NCBI GenBank assembly: GCA_026646875.1
Contig: JAPKHL010000005.1
Span: forward strand, 24,912-88,911
Direction of reading: 5' to 3'
DNA: 64,000 nucleotides
From: Rhodocyclaceae bacterium
GTDB lineage: Bacteria > Pseudomonadota > Gammaproteobacteria > Burkholderiales > Rhodocyclaceae
Shown here: piece by piece, positions 59,436 through 64,000 of the stretch
How positions within the stretch are numbered: position 1 is the first letter of the stretch
How the letters are laid out: each line of letters begins with the position of its first letter
Position numbers and translations under genes: made by a program
Notes under the pieces: generated by a model
Seen by the model: the letters and a program-made list of their open reading frames with translations, nothing else
What the model was told of the DNA's origin: nothing
Databases searched by the model: none

Positions 59436-60944
59436 ATGGCTTGGTTCTCCCAAACCGTGCGCCGGTTGTTCGGTGCCTCGCCGGTACACGAAGCCGCAGG
59501 TCGTGGCCGTCGCTCGCTGGCTTGGATGCCCGGCAATCCGGGTGCGGTCGCCGCGATGCTGGCGACCAACGCCGAACTGCGCGGTAAGAGCCGGGACCTC
59601 GTTCGGCGCAATGCCTGGGCGCAGGCCGGTATCGAAGCCTTCGTAGCCAATGCGGTCGGCACCGGCATCAAGCCGCAAAGCCTGTCTGGCGACGAACGGT
59701 TCAAGGCGGAGGTGCAAGCACTGTGGCGCGATTGGGTCGAGGAAGCCGACGCGGCCGGACAGACCGACTTCTATGGCCTGCAGGCCCTGGCGTGTCGGGC
59801 GATGCTCGAAGGTGGCGAATGCCTGATCCGACTGCGGCCACGCCGTCCGGAGGATGGCCTGTCGGTGCCCCTGCAGCTCCAGTTGCTGGAGCCCGAGCAC
59901 CTGCCCATCAACCTGAACACCGATCTGCCGTCCGGCAACGTCGTGCGCTCCGGCATCGAGTTCGACAACCTTGGGCGGCGCGTTGCCTACCACCTGTACC
60001 GCTCGCACCCGGAGGACGGGCGTTTGGCCCCGATGTCGGGCCAGGGCGGGATGGACACGGTGCGGATCGATGCCAAGGAGATCATTCACCTGTTCCGCGT
60101 GCAGCGCCCAGGCCAGATCCGGGGCGAGCCGTGGCTGTCGCGGGCCCTGGTCAAGCTCAACGAGCTCGACCAGTACGACGACGCTGAGCTGGTGCGCAAG
60201 AAGACTGCCGCGATGTTCGCGGGCTTCGTCACGCGCGCCAACCCCGAGGACAACCTGATGGGCGAAGGCGCATCGGACGCCGACGGTATTTCGCTCGCAG
60301 GGCTGGAGCCGGGAACGCTGCAGATTCTGGAGCCCGGCGAGGACATCAAGTTCTCCGATCCTGCCGACGTTGGCGGTTCGTACTCCGAATTCCTGCGCAC
60401 CCAGTTCCGCGCGGTTGCCGCCGCCATTGGTATCACCTACGAGCAGTTGACCGGCGATCTGACCGGCGTGAACTACTCGTCCATCCGCGCCGGGATGCTG
60501 GAGTTCCGGCGTCGCTGCGAGATGGTGCAGCACGGGGTGCTGGTGCATCAGATGTGCCGTCCGGTGTGGGCAGCCTGGATGAAGCAGGCGGTGCTCGCCG
60601 GGGCCCTGGATGCCCCGGGCTTCGCTCGAGGCGGGCCAGCCCGTCGTCGCCAGTACCTCGCGGTGAAGTGGATTCCCCAGGGCTGGCAGTGGGTCGATCC
60701 CGAGAAGGAATTCAAGGCGATGTTGCTGGCGATCCGCGCGGGCCTGATGAGTCGCTCGGAAGCCATCTCGGCCAATGGCTACGACGCCGAGGACGTCGAC
60801 CGCGAAATCGCCGCCGACAACAAGCGCGCCGACGACCTCGGACTGATTTTCGATTCCGATCCTCGCTACACGTCGAAGGACGGCGGCAGTGCGGAACCCA
60901 ACCGCAACGCCGCCGACGCATCCGGCACCAATTCGACTGCCTGA
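59436..60944 (+). CDS. portal protein (lambda family)
   Basis: 502 aa, MAWFSQTVRRLFG...RGKSRDLVRRNAWAQAGIEAFVANAVGTGIKPQS. Confidence 0.88.
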   Translation: MAWFSQTVRRLFGASPVHEAAGRGRRSLAWMPGNPGAVAAMLATNAELRGKSRDLVRRNAWAQAGIEAFVANAVGTGIKPQSLSGDERFKAEVQALWRDWVEEADAAGQTDFYGLQALACRAMLEGGECLIRLRPRRPEDGLSVPLQLQLLEPEHLPINLNTDLPSGNVVRSGIEFDNLGRRVAYHLYRSHPEDGRLAPMSGQGGMDTVRIDAKEIIHLFRVQRPGQIRGEPWLSRALVKLNELDQYDDAELVRKKTAAMFAGFVTRANPEDNLMGEGASDADGISLAGLEPGTLQILEPGEDIKFSDPADVGGSYSEFLRTQFRAVAAAIGITYEQLTGDLTGVNYSSIRAGMLEFRRRCEMVQHGVLVHQMCRPVWAAWMKQAVLAGALDAPGFARGGPARRRQYLAVKWIPQGWQWVDPEKEFKAMLLAIRAGLMSRSEAISANGYDAEDVDREIAADNKRADDLGLIFDSDPRYTSKDGGSAEPNRNAADASGTNSTA

Positions 60945-60954
60945 AGGACTTCCC

Positions 60955-62190
60955 ATGACCTTGCTGCCGCATCTGGCGGCGCGCCTCTTTGGCGTGCCGC
61001 TGGCCATCCATCGCCCAAAACTTGACGTGATCCTGTCCGTGCTCGGCCCCCGCGTCGGCCTTTCCGATCTGGCCGCTGCCCCTGGCTACACGCCGCCGAC
61101 ACGTGCGATGTCCGGGGCGCCGCCCGGTGTGGCCGTCATCCCGATCCACGGCACGCTGGTGCGCCGCACCGTGGGGCTGGAGGCCGAGTCCGGACTGACA
61201 AGCTACGCGGGCCTGACCGCGCAACTGGACGCCGCCATCGGCAATCCGGAGGTGTCGGCCATCCTGCTCGACATCGATTCACCGGGTGGCGAGTCGGGCG
61301 GCGTGTTCGATCTGGCCGACCGCATCCGCACGGCAGCGCAGATCAAGCCGGTCTGGGCCGTGGCCAATGACATGGCCTTCTCAGCCGCCTACGCGCTGGC
61401 GTCCGCCGCCAGCCGGGTTTTCGTCTCGCGCACCGGCGGTGTCGGCTCGATTGGCGTGATTGCGATGCACGTCGACCAGTCCGAGAAGGATGCGCAGGAC
61501 GGCGTTCACTACACCGCCGTGTTCGCGGGCGACCGCAAAAACGATCTCAACCCGCACGAGCCAATCTCCAGCGAAGCCCACGCCTTTCTGAAAGCTGAGG
61601 TCAATCGCATCTACGGCCTGTTCGTCGAGACGGTGGCTCGTCACCGGGGCATTGAGACATCCGCCGTGCGCGACACCGAGGCCGGACTGTTCTTCGGGCA
61701 GGCGGCCGTCGCCATGGGCCTTGCCGACGCCGTCGGCACTTTCGACGACGCGCTCGCGCAACTGCTCGCATCCCTTTCCCCCAACCCGACTCCGGTGGCC
61801 GTGGCCGCGCGGGCGGGCTTTTTCAGCAACCACCCCAAGGAGTCATTGATGAATGATCGAACCGACCCCGCTGCTCTTGATCGGCCTCTTGCTGATCCTG
61901 TTGGCAGTCCTTCTCAATCGCCCACCGCCACGTTGACCGTGGCCGATGCCGTCGAGATCGCGCAGACCTGCCAGCTTGCTGGCCGCGCCGATCTGATCGC
62001 AAGTTTTCTCGAGGCCAACACCGCACCCGCAACGGTGCGCAGCCAACTGCTTTCGGCCAAGGCCGAAGCCAGCCCCGAGATCGTCAGTCACATCGCACCT
62101 GACGCCTCTCGCCCCGCATCCGTCAATCCACTGCTCGAAGCCGCCCGGAACCTTGCGGCGCAGTCGTCCGCACTGAAGAAGGAGATCTGA
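60955..62190 (+). CDS. S49-family head maturation protease (lambda gpC-like, with a scaffold-like C-terminal part)
   Basis: ILLDIDSPGGESGG and SAAYALASAA are ClpP/SppA-type motifs. Confidence 0.85.
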   Translation: MTLLPHLAARLFGVPLAIHRPKLDVILSVLGPRVGLSDLAAAPGYTPPTRAMSGAPPGVAVIPIHGTLVRRTVGLEAESGLTSYAGLTAQLDAAIGNPEVSAILLDIDSPGGESGGVFDLADRIRTAAQIKPVWAVANDMAFSAAYALASAASRVFVSRTGGVGSIGVIAMHVDQSEKDAQDGVHYTAVFAGDRKNDLNPHEPISSEAHAFLKAEVNRIYGLFVETVARHRGIETSAVRDTEAGLFFGQAAVAMGLADAVGTFDDALAQLLASLSPNPTPVAVAARAGFFSNHPKESLMNDRTDPAALDRPLADPVGSPSQSPTATLTVADAVEIAQTCQLAGRADLIASFLEANTAPATVRSQLLSAKAEASPEIVSHIAPDASRPASVNPLLEAARNLAAQSSALKKEI

Positions 62191-62191
62191 A

Positions 62192-62572
62192 ATGCCGACC
62201 GTTTTTACCGAGGCCATGAACCTGGGCGACCTGCTCAAGTTTGAAGCGCCCAACCTGTACTCGCGTGACCGCGTCACCGTGGCCGCAGGCCAGAACCTGC
62301 CGCTGGGTACGGTGCTCGGCATCGTGACCGCCAGTGGAAAGTACAAGCAGATCGACCCGTCCGCTGAGGACGGCTCGCAGGTCGCCGCAGGCGTGCTGCT
62401 GCAGAACTGCGACGCCACGTTGGCCGACCGTGACAACGGTCTAGTCGTCGCGCGTCACGCCATCGTTTCCGACCACGCACTGCAGTGGCCCGAAGCCATC
62501 ACCGCTGCCGAGAAGGCGTCGGCCATTGCCCAGCTCAAGGCGCTGGGTGTCCTCGTCCGTCAAGGAGTCTGA
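62192..62572 (+). CDS. head decoration protein (gpD-like)
   Basis: 126 aa, positioned between the protease and the major capsid gene. Confidence 0.8.
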   Translation: MPTVFTEAMNLGDLLKFEAPNLYSRDRVTVAAGQNLPLGTVLGIVTASGKYKQIDPSAEDGSQVAAGVLLQNCDATLADRDNGLVVARHAIVSDHALQWPEAITAAEKASAIAQLKALGVLVRQGV

Positions 62573-62574
62573 CC

Positions 62575-63585
62575 ATGCAGAACATCTTCGAGAACCCAGC
62601 GTTTTCGATGTCGGCGCTGACCGCCGCCATCAACATCCTGCCCAACAACTACGACCGTCTGGCCCAGATGGGGCTGTTCGTCGACCGCCCGCAGCGCTTC
62701 CGCTCGATCATCGTCGAGAAGCAAAACAACGTGCTGACCCTGCTGCCGACGATGCCTGTGGGCTCGCCCGGCACCGTCGGTGTGCGCGGCCAGCGCAACG
62801 TGCGCTCGTTCCACATTCCGCACATTCCACACGATGACGTGGTGCTGCCCGAGGAGGTCCAGGGCATCCGCGCCTTCGGCTCGGAGACGGAACTGCAGAC
62901 GGTGGCGGGCGTGATGGCGCAGCACCTGCAGACGATGCGCAACAAGCACGCGATCACCCTGGAGCACTTGCGCTTTGGCGCGCTCAAGGGGCTGATCCTC
63001 GATGCTGACGGCAGCGTGATCTACAACCTGTACGACGAGTTTGGCATCACCCCGCAGACCTTTGCGTGGGACATCGCTGCGCACGACAGCGCTTTCGATG
63101 TCGGCAAAGCCTGCCGTGAGCTCCTGCGTTACGTCGAGGACAACCTGCAGGGTGAGCGGATGACCGGCGTCCACGTCCTGGTCGGCAAAGACTTCTTCGA
63201 AGCGCTCACGACGCACGACGATGTCATCGCGGCCTACGAGCGCTGGCAGGACGGTCAGGCGCTGCGCACGGATATGCGCTCCGGCTTCACCTTCTGCGGC
63301 ATCACCTTCGAGGAGCATCGCGGTCGCGCGACTGCGCCCGGTGGCACCGTGCGCCGTTTTGTCGAGGAGGACGAGGGGCACGCCTTCCCGATCGGCACGA
63401 TGGACACCTTCGCCACGTACTACGCACCTGCCGACTTCAACGAGACGGCCAACACGATGGCGCTGCCGCTGTACGCGAAGCAGGAGCCCCGCAAGTTCGA
63501 CCGGGGCACCGATTTGCACACGCAGGCCAACCCGCTACCGCTGTGCCACCGACCGCAGCTGCTGGTGAAGCTGGAGATCGCGTGA
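62575..63585 (+). CDS. major capsid protein (lambda gpE family)
   Basis: 336 aa. MQNIFENPAFSMSALTAAINILPNNYDRLAQMGLF is a gpE-type N-terminus. Confidence 0.9.
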   Translation: MQNIFENPAFSMSALTAAINILPNNYDRLAQMGLFVDRPQRFRSIIVEKQNNVLTLLPTMPVGSPGTVGVRGQRNVRSFHIPHIPHDDVVLPEEVQGIRAFGSETELQTVAGVMAQHLQTMRNKHAITLEHLRFGALKGLILDADGSVIYNLYDEFGITPQTFAWDIAAHDSAFDVGKACRELLRYVEDNLQGERMTGVHVLVGKDFFEALTTHDDVIAAYERWQDGQALRTDMRSGFTFCGITFEEHRGRATAPGGTVRRFVEEDEGHAFPIGTMDTFATYYAPADFNETANTMALPLYAKQEPRKFDRGTDLHTQANPLPLCHRPQLLVKLEIA

Positions 63586-63887
63586 TGGGCCTCGTCGAAC
63601 AGGTCTATGCCGCCGCTTTGAACGCGGGCCTGCTGCGCGATTGCCGGTGGCAGCCTGCCGATGGCTCGCCGTCGCAGACGCACCCGGTCGGCTTCACTGC
63701 GCCGGACGACACCGTGTTCGACGGACTGGCCTCGACCACCGACCACCAGATGTCGTACCCGGCCTCGGTCCTCAAAGGGCTGGCTCCGCGCGACACGGTC
63801 GAGATCGATGGCGTGATCTATCAGGTGCGTAGCACCCGGGCCGTGGGCGACGGCTCGGAGATGCGCGCACAGCTCACCAGGGTGTAG
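63585..63887 (+). CDS. putative head-tail connector/joining protein
   Basis: 100 aa, directly after the capsid gene with an ATGA overlap. Confidence 0.55.
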   Translation: MGLVEQVYAAALNAGLLRDCRWQPADGSPSQTHPVGFTAPDDTVFDGLASTTDHQMSYPASVLKGLAPRDTVEIDGVIYQVRSTRAVGDGSEMRAQLTRV

Positions 63888-63891
63888 CGCC

Positions 63892-64000
63892 GTGTCCGGC
63901 AACTCGATCCGCGAACAGATCCTGCTCGCGGTGATGGCGGCTGTCCGAACGCCGGTGGAATCGCTCGGTGCGACGCTACACCGCTCGCCCACGGTGGCCA
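63892..64000 (+). CDS. phage head-tail module protein, 5' fragment truncated by the window end
   Basis: GTG start 5 nt after the upstream TAG. The frame stays open to the window end. Confidence 0.4.
   Translation, partial: MSGNSIREQILLAVMAAVRTPVESLGATLHRSPTVA

Larger units (their letters stand above)
36343..64000. mobile_element. integrated lambda-like prophage adjacent to ssrA (left end only; continues beyond the window)
   Basis: Recombinase operon, immunity-like pair, replication/recombination genes, methylases, terminase and lambda-type head genes in phage order. No tail genes or right junction lie within the window. Confidence 0.85.

Overview
High-GC, betaproteobacterium-like chromosome segment in two parts. 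(1) 1-35.9 kb is ordinary core genome. It carries ridA-like, murI, prfC and tag genes, then tRNA-Pro, the ihfA-pheT-pheS-rplT-rpmI-infC-thrS cluster and tRNA-Val. Next come LPS/heptose genes (hldD, heptose kinase, ugd, lapAB). These are followed by the ihfB-rpsA-(aroA-cmk fusion)-tyrA-hisC-pheA-serC-gyrA supraoperon, two OmpA-family paralogs flanking mtaD, ubiG and gph. (2) The tmRNA gene ssrA lies at 35938-36302. Immediately after it, an integrated lambda-like prophage begins and runs past the end of the window. The prophage contains a leftward, translationally coupled DUF2924 / large serine recombinase / two small paralog operon. Rightward it has an XRE + ImmA/IrrE pair followed by two large proteins I cannot assign to any family. 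It then has a Sak4-like / Cas4-like nuclease / primase-helicase / RuvC replication-recombination block, two tandem ParB-domain DNA methyltransferases and three leftward accessory genes. It ends with a lambda-type packaging and head module (small and large terminase, gpW, portal, S49 protease, decoration protein, major capsid). The best candidate for something undescribed is the 39.5-43.3 kb cassette. Its XRE/ImmA operon and the downstream two-gene unit of unknown function share an 18-nt operator-like box. A second signal is a 32-nt motif present in four copies, in front of the recombinase operon and of each of the three leftward accessory genes. No rRNA genes or CRISPR arrays were seen. All family assignments come from reading the translated ORFs; no database search was run.
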